A stretch of DNA of 62,617 nucleotides, filler included, from Asterionella formosa (lineage: Eukaryota), in assembly GCA_002256025.1 (NCBI GenBank). It is 7 parts of 7 records of this genome, joined end to end, with 100 filler letters (N's around TTAATTAATTAA, not from the genome) between each part and the next. Parts side by side here need not be neighbours in the genome. Positions count along the whole stretch, not along the records: positions 26,921 to 35,783 come from NKIB01011526.1; positions 35,884 to 44,737 come from NKIB01011531.1; positions 44,838 to 53,677 come from NKIB01011548.1; 4 more parts are not named here. One strand, 5' to 3'. Each line of letters opens with the position of its first letter. Position 1 is the stretch's first letter. Both the position numbers and the translations under genes were made by a program. Positions 34,334-46,498 of the stretch are shown here, one piece after another. The notes beneath the pieces are model-generated. The model was not told where the DNA came from, ran no database searches, and saw nothing but the letters and a program-made list of their open reading frames with translations.

Positions 34334-35783
34334 CATCTGAAAATAAAAAATATCATGAATATAGGATCAAGGGTATCGTATGCTAAGTGGCACAGCAGGA
34401 TTTTTACATATATGATAGTTTCTGGATCAAAATATGATCAATGCAGTAAACTTTTACCGAGCTTGAAGTATGATGATACTATCATAGTTATTATACCATT
34501 GCATCATATAATTAGTTAAACATGGTCCAATGATGTGTATGCTTTTGTCATGCATCTATCTTAGAATGATTGTTATTCTCATCGATATCACTGTCTAAAA
34601 TAGGATGAAATGGATCGAAATTTAGAACTATATTTAAGAATGGTTCTATGTTTCTATATCTTAAGTGACTACAGAATGTTCTACAATGCTCGCATCGCAA
34701 TGATTGGTTCTTTCACTTCCACCTTGTTCCCCCCAATCCAATTCTGAAGGTTGTTGTAGTAGTACTGGTTGCCTTCTTACCCTTGTTCCCCTGCTTTCCG
34801 TTTATTCCTGATGGATCTGAAATTGCATTCACGCATTTTCCTATTACTATTTACTCCGTTTCGTTTTCCCAATCATACTAACAAAGAGAAGCAATTCATT
34901 GTTAGCTGTTCATGTTTTGCTAACACGACAACATGCATTTCGATTCTATCTTCACTTACCACAAATTGAGGAAGTAACTGATGCATATTTCTGTAAAATA
35001 ATGTGTCAGTTGAACATTGAATAAGAAAGTATAGATCAATAAATGGGCTCCAAGGAACATGAAAACATGATTTCAAATGTTTCAGACATGAATACATAAA
35101 TAGAAAGATTTGTAAGTTGAAATGTATATATAGTTGAACATTTGCATAGTTTTAAACAAGCTCATTTTATGGCACATGCTGTGTATACTAACATCAATTT
35201 TGATTGTATATAATTCAAATATATACAATGCATGATGCGTTCATAGTTTTCCAAGACCTGATGAATTTTTTCAATTTGTTTTGTGTCAATTCTTGTACCT
35301 ATAAGTCAGTGGCCGATTTCATTAAGCCCCTTAATTAACAGGAGTCATCACCAATTTTTCAAATGGTCAAAATCATGCATTTATGAATATAGACATATTG
35401 ACCATATACATTCGAAAAATTGATCTTTCATTTTCTCATCAAAGACACCATTTATCATTTAATCAATATGTTATGATCAAAGGTATAGGATGAACGAATC
35501 AAAATTTATTGATCAAAGATCTTCCTCTCGATCAATAACAGTAAAATTGAAAACCGTAATTAGATGAAATGTGACTTCCGGTTTTTAATATTTTAAATTT
35601 TTGCACTACTGAAACTTGAATCCATAAATGGTCATTCAACTTGTTGTGCTTCTTGAATTTTTGCAGTATAGACTGGCTGGTGGGCGATAGGCCTAGCAAA
35701 GTGTCTCGCTTTTCATGAACATCTACAAGGTACTAGTGCTTTTGTCGAGGTTTGTGTCTAATACCAACTGCTGCCATCCATTG
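34334..35783 (-). mobile_element. End-A copy of the CGTCTGCAAATAAAAA element lacking the transposase segment
   Basis: catctgaaaataaaaaatatcatgaatataggatcaagggtatcgtatgctaagtggcacag matches 4971-5030; interior matches scaffold 3 in reverse but skips 20268-21571. Confidence 0.75.
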
Positions 35784-35883
35784 NNNNNNNNNNNNNNNNN
35801 NNNNNNNNNNNNNNNNNNNNNNNNNNNTTAATTAATTAANNNNNNNNNNNNNNNNNNNNNNNNNNNNNNNNNNNNNNNNNNNN
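35784..35883. other. Artificial scaffold spacer
   Basis: N44-TTAATTAATTAA-N44. Confidence 0.97.
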
Positions 35884-36370
35884 CTTGATTCACAACAGTA
35901 GCTGTATTGTTTGTTTTCATTGGCAAGCTTGATTCACAACAGTAGCTGTATGTTTGTTTTCATTGGCAAGAGCAACCACATGATGATGGACCTATCAATT
36001 TGTTGCAACGAACTGGCATGCAAGTCACCATGATGGCTGGTACCTGGTACCACCAACTTCGGCGGCCATCAAAGGAGGAAGGGGGGGGGTCGTGAAAAGT
36101 TTATAAAAGTTTAAATATTCGACTATTGGTACCCGACATTCCGGTACCCTCCATGATTATGAAAGTCTAATAAAAATATTGTTTTGGTTTTGGTCCACAG
36201 TTAGCACCGTCCTAATTTTCAGGAAGTAAAAAACGAAGATTCAACACCCAACACGTATCCGTTTGAGTCGATCATCGTATTTCGGGCACCGCAAGTCAGG
36301 GCCTTGCACTTACACAAGCATCATCTTCTTGATGGGCTGTGAGGAGGATGTCATGAAGTTGATTGGCATC

Positions 36371-38065
36371 ATGCTAAATCCCATCACCCCATGTCGACGG
36401 GTCTTCACTGCTGCCCTGATGATGACGACGATGTGGCTGCTATTCCCTCCCGCTGTACTTGCATTTGCCGTTGTACCATCGAATCATCACTCTTGTGAAT
36501 TCTTCGTGCCCCTACGAACCACCGTCTCGTCAAACTCAGTGATGTATTACTATCATTCATCATTTCCGGTTGTCGCTGACACGACGAGAACGAGACGATT
36601 GCCACTACCACCAAGGACGCCAACATCTACTACTACACAATTAAAACTGTCCAAACTACCTACTGATTCCTCCGAAAGCAACGACACCACCGCCACCAAC
36701 GACAGCAATAACAACAACAACTGGTTGCTATCACTGTGCATTCCCCTCTGGCTTGTATACATTTCAAATCAATGGAGCAGGTCATCTCTGTACTATTTAG
36801 TCGACTTTTCTGGCACTGCCTCACCAGTCCAAGCCATGAATGTCGATTTAAGCTTCTCTCAATCACAATATGGCCTTTTGGCAAGCATTGCCTTTACATC
36901 GCTATTCGCAATTGCATCACTAGGTGCGGGGATTGCTTCCGATCGATACAATCGAAAGACATTGACCATTGTGTCAGCTCTCATGTGGAGTGGAGCCACC
37001 ATGGGGACATCCCTATCAAACACATACGAGCAAGTCGTTTTATGGAGAATTGCCATGGGACTAGCATGTGCCTTTTCCACACCGACAGCCTACACATTGA
37101 TTCAACAACTTGTACCCAAGGATAAAACAGCCTTGGCATCAAGCTTTTATGGAACAGGAGTGGCTCTAGGAGGGGCATTTGCATCACTGTCTATTTTATT
37201 AGATACACAGCTGGGTTGGAGACATGCATTGTGGGTTATTTCTGGATTTGGTGTTGTCACTTCGCTCACAGCACTGCTCCTCTTGCCGAATGATCCAAAA
37301 GAAGCTGACCAACAACAAAATTTAGTCACCAACAAGACTGACAACAAAGATGGGAGTTACGAGAAACCCTCCTCAACCAATGACCTTACAAACCAAGTCG
37401 TTGAGATATTCTCAACACCTCGAATCCAATGGCTCTACTTAGGAACCTTTCTTAGATTCTGCTCTGGACTCATGATTGGTGAGTGGTCTGCACCATACTT
37501 CCGAATGGTCTTTTCTGAAAATCAAGCAGATTATGCCGTTGCTCAAGCTGCCATTACTGCTGGATGCGGTGTCGTGAGTGGATTGTTGGGTGGATACATT
37601 GCTGACAAAATATCTTCATCATCCAACAACAAGGACGTTGGAAGTAAATTATGGGTCCCTGTTGTTGGATCACTCCTGGCTGCACCAGCATGGTACTTGT
37701 CAGTACATTCAGAAGGATCCTTTTCTACTGCCATGACATGGTTAGCACTGGAATATTTTGTGGCAGAATGCTGGTTTGGACCAACAGTAAGTGTCTTGCA
37801 ATCCACAGTAGGGCCAGCCATTGGTGGGACAGCCCAAGGGATATTTACTCTTACAGGGGCTGTGGGGAACTTGGCCCCAAGTTTATTGGGATACTTGTAT
37901 GCAACAATGAGTCCAACATTAGGTGATGAATCTTCCTCCACCTTGGCTACACTATTGTCTGTTGGAATTTGTGGGGGATACATTTCAAGTGCAGCCTGCT
38001 TTGTGATTGCCTCTCAATGTACTCCACCATTGTTAGAGGAAGAACAACAAATGGATGACAAATGA
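36371..38065 (+). CDS. MFS transporter (Spinster-like), probably plastid-targeted; start codon uncertain
   Basis: About 12 TM helices; MFS motifs GIASDRYNRK and GGYIADK, WRIAMGLACA; presequence with VLA-FAV. The listed ORF opens on TTG 36263; ATG 36371 was chosen as a plausible start. Confidence 0.85.
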   Translation: MLNPITPCRRVFTAALMMTTMWLLFPPAVLAFAVVPSNHHSCEFFVPLRTTVSSNSVMYYYHSSFPVVADTTRTRRLPLPPRTPTSTTTQLKLSKLPTDSSESNDTTATNDSNNNNNWLLSLCIPLWLVYISNQWSRSSLYYLVDFSGTASPVQAMNVDLSFSQSQYGLLASIAFTSLFAIASLGAGIASDRYNRKTLTIVSALMWSGATMGTSLSNTYEQVVLWRIAMGLACAFSTPTAYTLIQQLVPKDKTALASSFYGTGVALGGAFASLSILLDTQLGWRHALWVISGFGVVTSLTALLLLPNDPKEADQQQNLVTNKTDNKDGSYEKPSSTNDLTNQVVEIFSTPRIQWLYLGTFLRFCSGLMIGEWSAPYFRMVFSENQADYAVAQAAITAGCGVVSGLLGGYIADKISSSSNNKDVGSKLWVPVVGSLLAAPAWYLSVHSEGSFSTAMTWLALEYFVAECWFGPTVSVLQSTVGPAIGGTAQGIFTLTGAVGNLAPSLLGYLYATMSPTLGDESSSTLATLLSVGICGGYISSAACFVIASQCTPPLLEEEQQMDDK

Positions 38066-38798
38066 GAGGCAATAAATAGTACAGTGCTCAAATTATCTCT
38101 ATGTGGATTAGCGGTTGGTTATTCCAACATGGGCACCATTCAAATAAAGGCACAACACAAATACATGTAAAGCAAAACATGAAAAGATAATACTAGTATG
38201 ATGCATGGCATCATATTTTAATTCTTGATAACCCTGACCCTTCTCCACAACTTCTGGAAACTGCCAAAGAAAAATAAAAGAAGCAAATGTTTAAATATTG
38301 ACCCCTATTACCTGGTACCAGGGTACCTGCAAGTTGCAGTTCATTTTGCTTAAATAAACAATTGAATATGGCAACAACAATATTATGTGTCAAATCACCA
38401 AAATAATTTGTGTTGTTATAATACACAAATGATACATAATATTTTATTATTATCAGAGCGTGCCCATTATTCCACTATAGGTTGCGAATACAAACAACAG
38501 CGTCATTCCGTACTTACTACTTGGTACGTGTTACCCTGGTACCTGAATCCTGAATGTACATCGTACCGGCAAAAGAAGCTCAATCGTATTTATACCTAGT
38601 AACTACAGTACTGTCAGTACCCCCCCATGTACAATCGACATACATTCGTGGAAAGGTATACGACCGGCATGCATTTTATTCTTATATAGATATACATGAA
38701 TAAATTAATTTCATTCATTGATATTTTTTCACAACAATTGCAATTTCAACAGCATCACACCTGCATTCGTTTGTTTGCTGTTGTTTCTCGTCATTACC

Positions 38799-39530
38799 AT
38801 GCCAATGAAGAATGATAACGATCCCTCCTGGGCCCTAGACGACGAAGAGTCGCCATTGATGGGGACTGGCACAGCCTCACTGCAAGATAACATCATCATC
38901 GACGCGGCCGATCAGGCGGCGAGTCCCCTTTCTACGAACCCCGATGTAGTCACTGGTGAGGCCACGAAGCCGTGGCAGAACAAGCCGGACGACGTGAAAA
39001 AAATTGAAGTAGTTCGTCTTCCACATCCAAATTTCATTCTTTATGCATTTTATTGGTTGGAAGGGATCGCCATTCTTGCAAGTGTCTGTCTGTTGGCAAC
39101 TCAAGTACTCCCACTGCTTTACATGACTCTCCATGAGATCGGAATCCTTCAACTATGTTTACGAATATACATTGGCATGTTTTGTTTTTGTTTCATTCTC
39201 GTTGAGTTTGAAACTCCTCTGCCATTTTTACAAGCCAGTCTGCTGTTACAAACCTACTTTTCACGTGGATTCTTATATACCTTTTTGGGCTTGATTGGAA
39301 TGGAAGAAGCCTATAGTGTTCGAGTCAATGATATGGAAGAACATAGAAATGAAGAGTATCATGTGGCCTGGGCCAGTTTATTTATGCAAGTGTCCAGTTG
39401 GTTGGTAGTTGCGGTGGGAGTTGTATACATGATGTGTGGGATTTGTTGTTTGAAAGTGGTTCGGGACAAATTGAAACTTGCATACCAGGAAAAGTTGGAA
39501 CGGTACAAACAGTTGGAATCCTTGACTTGA
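38799..39530 (+). CDS. COPI-associated-protein-like small membrane protein
   Basis: Four TM segments with LRIYI..F..ILVEFE and YFSRGFLYTFLGLIG motifs; ATG at 38799. Confidence 0.7.
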   Translation: MPMKNDNDPSWALDDEESPLMGTGTASLQDNIIIDAADQAASPLSTNPDVVTGEATKPWQNKPDDVKKIEVVRLPHPNFILYAFYWLEGIAILASVCLLATQVLPLLYMTLHEIGILQLCLRIYIGMFCFCFILVEFETPLPFLQASLLLQTYFSRGFLYTFLGLIGMEEAYSVRVNDMEEHRNEEYHVAWASLFMQVSSWLVVAVGVVYMMCGICCLKVVRDKLKLAYQEKLERYKQLESLT

Positions 39531-40175
39531 TGAGACAATAACTCTCATTCCTGTTGCTGTATGGAGATGTTGTGAAATGCACACTGTGATGACTTCCAAG
39601 AATTCTGTTGTTATGATCATATATGGACCTTGTAGGAAGATTGCACCCTTCCTATTTAAAGGTGTCATGATGCTTAGCAATCGTGAATCAAGCAATGTCA
39701 CCCCTTATTTTTTAGATCCATCCTTTTAATAACTAGCTATACCAATACTAGACTGTGCTACTTGGTAGTCTATCAGTAAACTTCCCCTATTTTGGTTCAC
39801 AAAGCAAGAAATCACAATATATGCATTGCTTTTTTTATTGTGACATTTTATGAAAAAAAGCGAACCGGGGCGGATCATTTAGGCCTTACGTAGCGGTACT
39901 CCGTACGACTCGAACCGCAACGTGTCCCGGTGAGTTTTGATTTGAATACGGTATATCATGCACGAATAGAATTGTGAAAGGTCACGTACGTACAAATCAT
40001 CGACTCTCTTATTCTTGCTTAAGAATCCAGCCGTAGCAAGTTGAGACATGCTTCGGTCGTCCCGTTTCGAAAGGACAACTAACACTACGGTATAGTGGTA
40101 GTTTGTTCCCTCCTGCTTTCCCCTCGCCTTATAATATATATAACGCAAAACTTCGTCGTCCTCATAGCCACTATT

Positions 40176-41483
40176 ATGCCTAATACAACACGACCAGAAC
40201 GAAAGCGATATCTCGAGTCGACAGAACAGTCCTCGGAAAATCTCCCACTAGATGAACTTGATGATGCGGACCTTGGTGCTCTAATTGATGCGCCACATGA
40301 TGCGGCGTTGTCATTCTACTTCTCAAATACCAAGAGCACAAAGAAGCGAAAGACCGTTACTGATTCTTCGGAAAGTACCTTCAGAGACTCCCCGGTTTTG
40401 GATCAAGAGATCCTGCCACGAGTCGGGACGGAAGACTTGAGTGAACGCATATTTGGTATGGGATTCGATATGGACATGAGCAGAGTACCAAGTTGGCAAC
40501 AACCAGTTTCATCCTCGTCTACGCTTTCTTTATTCATGGAGCCATTCATGTCCTTTACTCGAAAGCTCTCCCTGACGTCGCGAACCAGTACAGAGGATTC
40601 CAACACTAGCGATGCATCAAAACGAAATACCCCACCAGTCTCTCAGTTGGAATCGGCAAGCAGATCATCGTCAAGATCGGTATCCAATGTCCTCCGAGCA
40701 GCTCTTGATTCTTTCGGGGGATACAATGGAATTAAAAAAAATTCACCTACAAATGCTCCAAGCTTTCAGCCACAAGTGAAAGTTCCACCCTCGATCGCTA
40801 CCGATGACCTGTTTGTATTAGCGAAAGATGTGACAGAAAAGGATATCTTATGTGACCTCACTGACAATGTTAACCATGAAGGCAATAAGTCATTTCATAG
40901 AACTGTGAAGCAAGCTTGTAAAAGTCGTCGAGGCAAGCTAGTGCCAGAAACAATAAAAGACCAAATATGCTCTGGCATTGTCAACTTCACACTTAACAAT
41001 AATGGGCGATTCTTGAAATATTTTGATAATGTCCATTGGATTGTCATGAGTCGTGACGATGCACTGCTAGTGACGAAGTTGCAAGTTTCGTTGGAAATTG
41101 AAGATAGCCCCGTGCCGCCGCTTGTCGCTCAGCCGCAACTAGACAATGAAGGAGGTGAGACTGTGCTGGAGTCGCATATAAGAAAAACTGATATTCTATG
41201 TGGTCGTGGAGGCAAGTCAAATCACCATGAAGGCAACAAGTGGTATCGTGATTTAATTGCTAGAACTCGTCCAATATACCAGAATGATGGACTCAGCAAG
41301 AAAAAAAAGACGGGTATTAGCAATGGAGTTGTGGATCATATCCATATGGAGGGCGGACGCTTCTTGCAGGCGAAGAAGGGAAGCGAGCTGTGGATTGTTA
41401 TGAGTCGTGCTGATGCAAGAAAAAAAGCGGCACAGCTATTGCGAGAATCCAAAGAATTGAAGTGGACAGTAAGAGAAAACTGA
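40176..41483 (+). CDS. Protein with two DUF6824-type domains
   Basis: DILCGRGGKSNHHEGNKWYRDLI..GGRFL..W..A.KKAAQLLRE, preceded by a degenerate copy (DILCD..NHEGNKSF..NGRFL..W). Confidence 0.85.
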   Translation: MPNTTRPERKRYLESTEQSSENLPLDELDDADLGALIDAPHDAALSFYFSNTKSTKKRKTVTDSSESTFRDSPVLDQEILPRVGTEDLSERIFGMGFDMDMSRVPSWQQPVSSSSTLSLFMEPFMSFTRKLSLTSRTSTEDSNTSDASKRNTPPVSQLESASRSSSRSVSNVLRAALDSFGGYNGIKKNSPTNAPSFQPQVKVPPSIATDDLFVLAKDVTEKDILCDLTDNVNHEGNKSFHRTVKQACKSRRGKLVPETIKDQICSGIVNFTLNNNGRFLKYFDNVHWIVMSRDDALLVTKLQVSLEIEDSPVPPLVAQPQLDNEGGETVLESHIRKTDILCGRGGKSNHHEGNKWYRDLIARTRPIYQNDGLSKKKKTGISNGVVDHIHMEGGRFLQAKKGSELWIVMSRADARKKAAQLLRESKELKWTVREN

Positions 41484-41749
41484 AAATGACATTACCCCTC
41501 TCGATCTATTTTGGGGATACTTGGGTACTGGTATATGTAAACTTTTATCTACTATTGTACTATTTCTTGCAACAACTTAAACTGTAGTAAAGAACTCCTG
41601 CTTTTGGTAACTAGGGACTCAAGTTGCTGGACCTAGACTATAAATGAAAGAAACGACACCATGGTGAGGAATATATCCCGAATATTTATTTGTAGTCTGG
41701 TCATCCAACCATGGAATGCGGTTCACACCAGCCTCCACTGGGCCGAAGT

Positions 41750-42660
41750 TGCTACCGGTAGCTACCTGACACATGAAGACTCCGATTTACCGGTACTCTG
41801 GACTTTGCAGTAGCAGGAGTACCTACCCAGGCTACCTTGTTCTGGTACCAGGTATCTGATACTCTGGAAAAAAACTACAGTACTAACGGTACCCGGGCGG
41901 GTGCTACCGGTCGTAGTATCTGGTACCAGGTACCACTAGATACCGGTATGCTAAACAGTCGTATCATAGCGGTACCAGGTACCGGTAGTACCTGGTAGTA
42001 TTCGAGGTTCGGTACCTGGTACCAAGGTACATACATACCGGTAGATATCATATACGAGGTACCAGGTACCTAAAGTATGGGACCAGGTAGCATGGTACCT
42101 GCTAGCAACTAGAAATGATATACACGTAGCTCTATAGTACAAGATTGGAGTAATGGTACATTCGGTATGGTACCTGTTAGGAGTACATGGTACGGCACCT
42201 GGTACCAGGTACCCTGGTACCTGTACTCAGTAAGTGCGGTACCGGGTACCAGGTACCAGGTACTGTTATGATAATCAATGAGGTGGACGATGCATGTGCA
42301 TGCATGCAGCCATTGTCTGGCAAAACCAACCGATCACTCCGACTCAATCACAGTAGTCATCAGCAGCCATTCCATGAAAAACGTCGGCTCAGCCAAACAT
42401 ACGTACATAAATATTTGTTAGCACAGGGTACTGCCTCCCAATTTTCTTCATTCGGAGGCTGCTCTCAGGACCGTCCGCCAGCTGGCAGTACCAAATCCAT
42501 GGGAAATTGGACGGTACATCCCGGTAGAGGACGATAGACGGAGTTGTTATGTGCTTGTAGTACCTGGTACCAAATACCTACCGGTACTCCTGTAGACCAG
42601 TAGAATTATTATGGAGGCAACCGTGCCGAATACCACTTTTTATTTATACCGGCCGGTATA
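41750..42660. repeat. Low-complexity tract of GGTACC / CCTGGTACCAGG / TACCGGTA palindromes
   Basis: Many overlapping copies, e.g. cacctggtaccaggtaccctggtacctg at ~42196. Confidence 0.85.
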
Positions 42661-42924
42661 CTGTGCAATACTGTACATAAATATATTATGGATGATTTGA
42701 TGTCTACGATAGTTGACACGCCAGCCAATTTCAACCATCATTCAGCCCTATATGCATGATAGTATCGCAATCGGTAGTTCTACATCTAGAAATACTTACT
42801 AAATACTGTGGTCTATATACCACCGCTAGAGGAGACTGTTCAACAACATCATCATTCCTTTGTTGCAAGAGAGAGAGAGTGTTCATATTGTTATTGTTGC
42901 TGCAACAGTTGATTTTGTTTCACC

Positions 42925-44735
42925 ATGGCACCCAACGAAGAGCCCGAGATTGTCGTCGATGAGGAGGAGGACGATGACGACGAAGACGATGAAGGTCAGT
43001 TCTGATTTGTAACATGGGAAATTTTGATACATGTTTATTCCAATTCGGAAAGCGACATGTCTGATCCAAAGGGGACACCATACTCGACATTCCTCTCGCA
43101 CACTCACTCACTCACTCTTTGATTGTGCTCTATATAGACGAGGAAGGAGGAGATGGTGAAAAGGAAGAATGCACTGATCTTTCCAACAGGTATGTTTTTG
43201 TTTCATAGTTTTGGGCAAAAGTTATTTGCTCGTTCTCATGCTCCGACCGTTTCCTACCATTAAAAAACAACCACAACCATATCAATATTCACAGTGATGT
43301 TTGCACTAAATATCAAGAAGCTGCTAAAATTGTGAATCTAACATTGGAAGGGTTGGTTGCACAATGCAAGGTGGGAGCAAATGTGATTGATTTGTGTAAA
43401 TTTGGTACCACTGTCATGGAAACTGCTGCCATGAAGTTATACACTAAAAAGAACAAAGGACAAGATGTGCAACGAGGCGTTGCCTTTCCTGTTTGTATTA
43501 GTGTCAATGATATCGTTTGCAATCACAGTCCATTGGCAAGTGAGGAATTGGTACGTGATTACATTGTCTGATCGTGCTCGTTGGTGATCCTGTTGGAGTC
43601 AATTATCAAGTGGTTTCCGAGTGCGTCGATTCCTCGCTTTTCCGAGACTCGGAAAAGAGAGAAGGCACGCGAAGAAAGAATCACAGACTCAGCTGACAAC
43701 AGGTAGATTGGACTTTAGGGTGAAACTTGGTTGATTGCCTTTTTATCCAAAAGGATTGATCCCTCGATTTACTACGACTTTGTAGAAACGTTATATTGGA
43801 ACAAACCCTCTGTATTCAAGGTTGCATGACAATTATATTTTCTATAAACTCACACATTCACAAAACATACACAGACACCCCTCCAAGCAGGAGACATTGT
43901 CAAGATGGATCTTGGTTGTCACTTGGATGGATACATTGCTGTTGCAGCTCATACTGTAGTTGTTGCTGCCGATGATGAAACACCACCAGCCCCCAATGAG
44001 ACCATATCTCTTGTTGCCGTGGCTGCCTACAACGCCATGCTTGTGGCTGCACATTCTATCCAAGCTGGGAAAACAAATGTTGATGTTACCAAAGCAGTCG
44101 AACGGGTTGCAACTCAGTATGGAGTCAAACCCATCTCATCTGTTAGGATGCATCAAATGAAGCGATTCGTTCTAGACGGAGTCAAGGAAGTATCACTCAA
44201 GGAACCTTCTCCTCAAGATTTGGAAGAAGGGGACGAGAAACTACCTGAATGCAAATTTGAACAATTTGAAGTGTATGCTGTTGACGTTGCCATGTCTTCT
44301 GGTGATGGCAAGGCCAAGGCAGGTGCCTTGCGTACCACCGTCTTCAAACGCAATGTGGAAACAAATTATCGTTTGAAAATGAAGGCCTCTCGAAGTCTCT
44401 TGTCGGAAGTTGACAAAAAGTTCCCCACCTTACCCTTTACATTGCGCCATTTTGAAGATGAAAAGTCTGCCAAAATGGGAATTACGGAATGTGTGGCTCA
44501 TGGGTTGTTGACCCCCTACCCCTCGTTGCATGAAAAGTCAGGTCAGGTGGCACATTTTAAATGTACTGTGTTGCTTTTGCCAAATGGGACCATCCGTGTG
44601 ACAGGATTGGACCTGCCAGCGTACTTTAGCACGGATAAGGAGGCTGATGAAGAAACTCAGTTGATTTTGAAGGAGTTGGCTGATGTGGCAGCAAAGAAAG
44701 CCAAGAAGAAGGCTAACAAGAAGAAGAAGAAATAG
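42925..44735 (+). CDS. PA2G4: Proliferation-associated protein 2G4 / EBP1 (M24 peptidase fold)
   Basis: Exons 42925-42994, 43138-43189, 43295-43550, 43875-44735 join in frame via GT-AG introns; motifs TKYQEAAKI, GVAFPVCISVN..CNHSP, GDIVKMDLGCHLDGY, Y.LKMKASR, FPTLPFTLR; Lys-rich tail. Confidence 0.95.
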
Positions 44736-44737
44736 GT

Positions 44738-44837
44738 NNNNNNNNNNNNNNNNNNNNNNNNNNNNNNNNNNNNNNNNNNNNTTAATTAATTAANNNNNNN
44801 NNNNNNNNNNNNNNNNNNNNNNNNNNNNNNNNNNNNN
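44738..44837. other. Artificial scaffold spacer
   Basis: N44-TTAATTAATTAA-N44. Confidence 0.97.
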
Positions 44838-46292
44838 TATTAGAGGCTACCAAGATGCAAGACTGCAGGCCTACAACAACTCCAGCAATTAAGGAAACTT
44901 TAGGTGCTGATGTCAATGGTGAACCTGCAGAAGAACAATGGAACTACAGGTCAATAGTAGCCATGTTATTGTACTTGGCTTCTAATTCTCGACCGGACAT
45001 ACCATTTGCAGTTCATCAGTGTGCGCGATTTTCACATTGTCCTAAAGTATCACATGAAGGGGCAATTAAGAAGATTTGTCGGTATCTAAAAGGAACAGCA
45101 ACCGAAGGGATCGTATTTACACCATCCAAGGAATTCGCAATTGATTGTTATGTGGATTCAGACTTTGCAGGATTATATGGAAATGAAGATTCACATGATC
45201 CAGTTTGTGCTAAGTCAAGGACAGGGTATGTCATAACGTTAGCTGGATGTACTCTACTATGGGTATCCAAACTACAGACCACTATAGCCCTATCTACTAT
45301 GAAAGCTGAGTACCAGGCCTTGTCAGCAAGTTGTCGGGATCTTATTCCATTAAGACAAATTTGCAAGGAGGCATCTGAAGCTCTAGAGATTACTGAGCGG
45401 TTCATAGTACGGTCACATTCAAAGATATACGAAGACAATAGTGCATGTTTGTCTCAAGCAACGATGCCGAAAATGACGCCACGTACAAAACATATTGCAG
45501 CGGCATATCATTGGTTTAGAGAGTACGTGTCATCAGGTGATATTGAAATCTTAAAGATTGAAACTACGAAACAACTTTACTTGGGGACATTTTCACAAAG
45601 GATATAGTAGCAGAGAAATTTACAGCAATACACAAGTTACTATGTGGATGGTAGCAACATGCTTTTGCTGAGAGGGACAGTTGAAACACATAGAGATTCC
45701 TGATTCCTGATCAGGTTGTGAGAGTGTCAATATATTTTCGTCTCTAGTGACCTGATTGGGAACATGTAACACAATCCACTAGATGATTGATTCAAGACCA
45801 CATGCTTAAATATCGCGTGTAAAATGCCTCAGTTGGTGAGAGAGGAACTTTCAGGAGAAGTTCTCTCTAACCTATTAATTGGACTCTAGAAGACAATCAG
45901 ACCTAGAGGCCAAATCAATAAATGATTGACTAGACAATTACAGATATGTCCGCAACATCAAGGAACATTAAAGAAGCAAACTAGATATGATCTAGTTATG
46001 ATTAACAGGATCATTCTGTGAGCAGTCTTCGATCAAACAGCATCTGGCCTAAGTTGAGACAAGCCAAGATTAAGACAAATGTGTATTTAGGAAGAGGATG
46101 TTGCTAGTTTATTCTCAGTTCAAGTTGGGAACACAAATGAACCTCGCCTCCAAAGATCACCTCAATTTTGAAACATGCATGAGCTTGGAAGTTTCAAAAT
46201 TATACATTCAAATTATACATTTACATTAAGCTCACTCTTTTATAAAAACAATTATTGGCAAACAAAGCAAAACAAACAAATTGTGTAGAAAC
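44838..46292 (+). mobile_element. 3' end of a Ty1/Copia element (RT C-terminus, RNase H, PPT, probable LTR; right boundary tentative)
   Basis: YRSIV.MLLYL..SRPDI.FAVHQCARF, YVDSDFAG, SRTGYV, STMKAEY, YEDNSAC, RTKHI; PPT GAGAGGGA at ~45670. Confidence 0.85.
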
Positions 46293-46498
46293 ATTTTTCT
46301 AGCAAATTTTACTGCGTGAGAGCTACAGATACGTAGGATCTACCAGCGTCCTTCTATTCCGCAGTCACTGCAATATATTATTATATTCTAAAGCAGTATA
46401 CGTACCGGTATATCGGTACAATTCTTGCTTCGCATGATGCATCATTGCATTTTTGCCACCACACCGCCATTCCTCCATAGCCAAAGAAAAGCAGCAAC

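Noticed and set aside
35884..35970. 44-bp tandem duplication
   Set aside because: It is at the very start of a scaffold and may be an assembly-end artefact; no further structure.
43551..43874. U17/snR30, RNase P/MRP or telomerase RNA in the PA2G4 intron
   Set aside because: Diagnostic motifs (AUAUUCCUA/AAACCAU, CR-I/CR-V, a CUAACCCU template) were not found.
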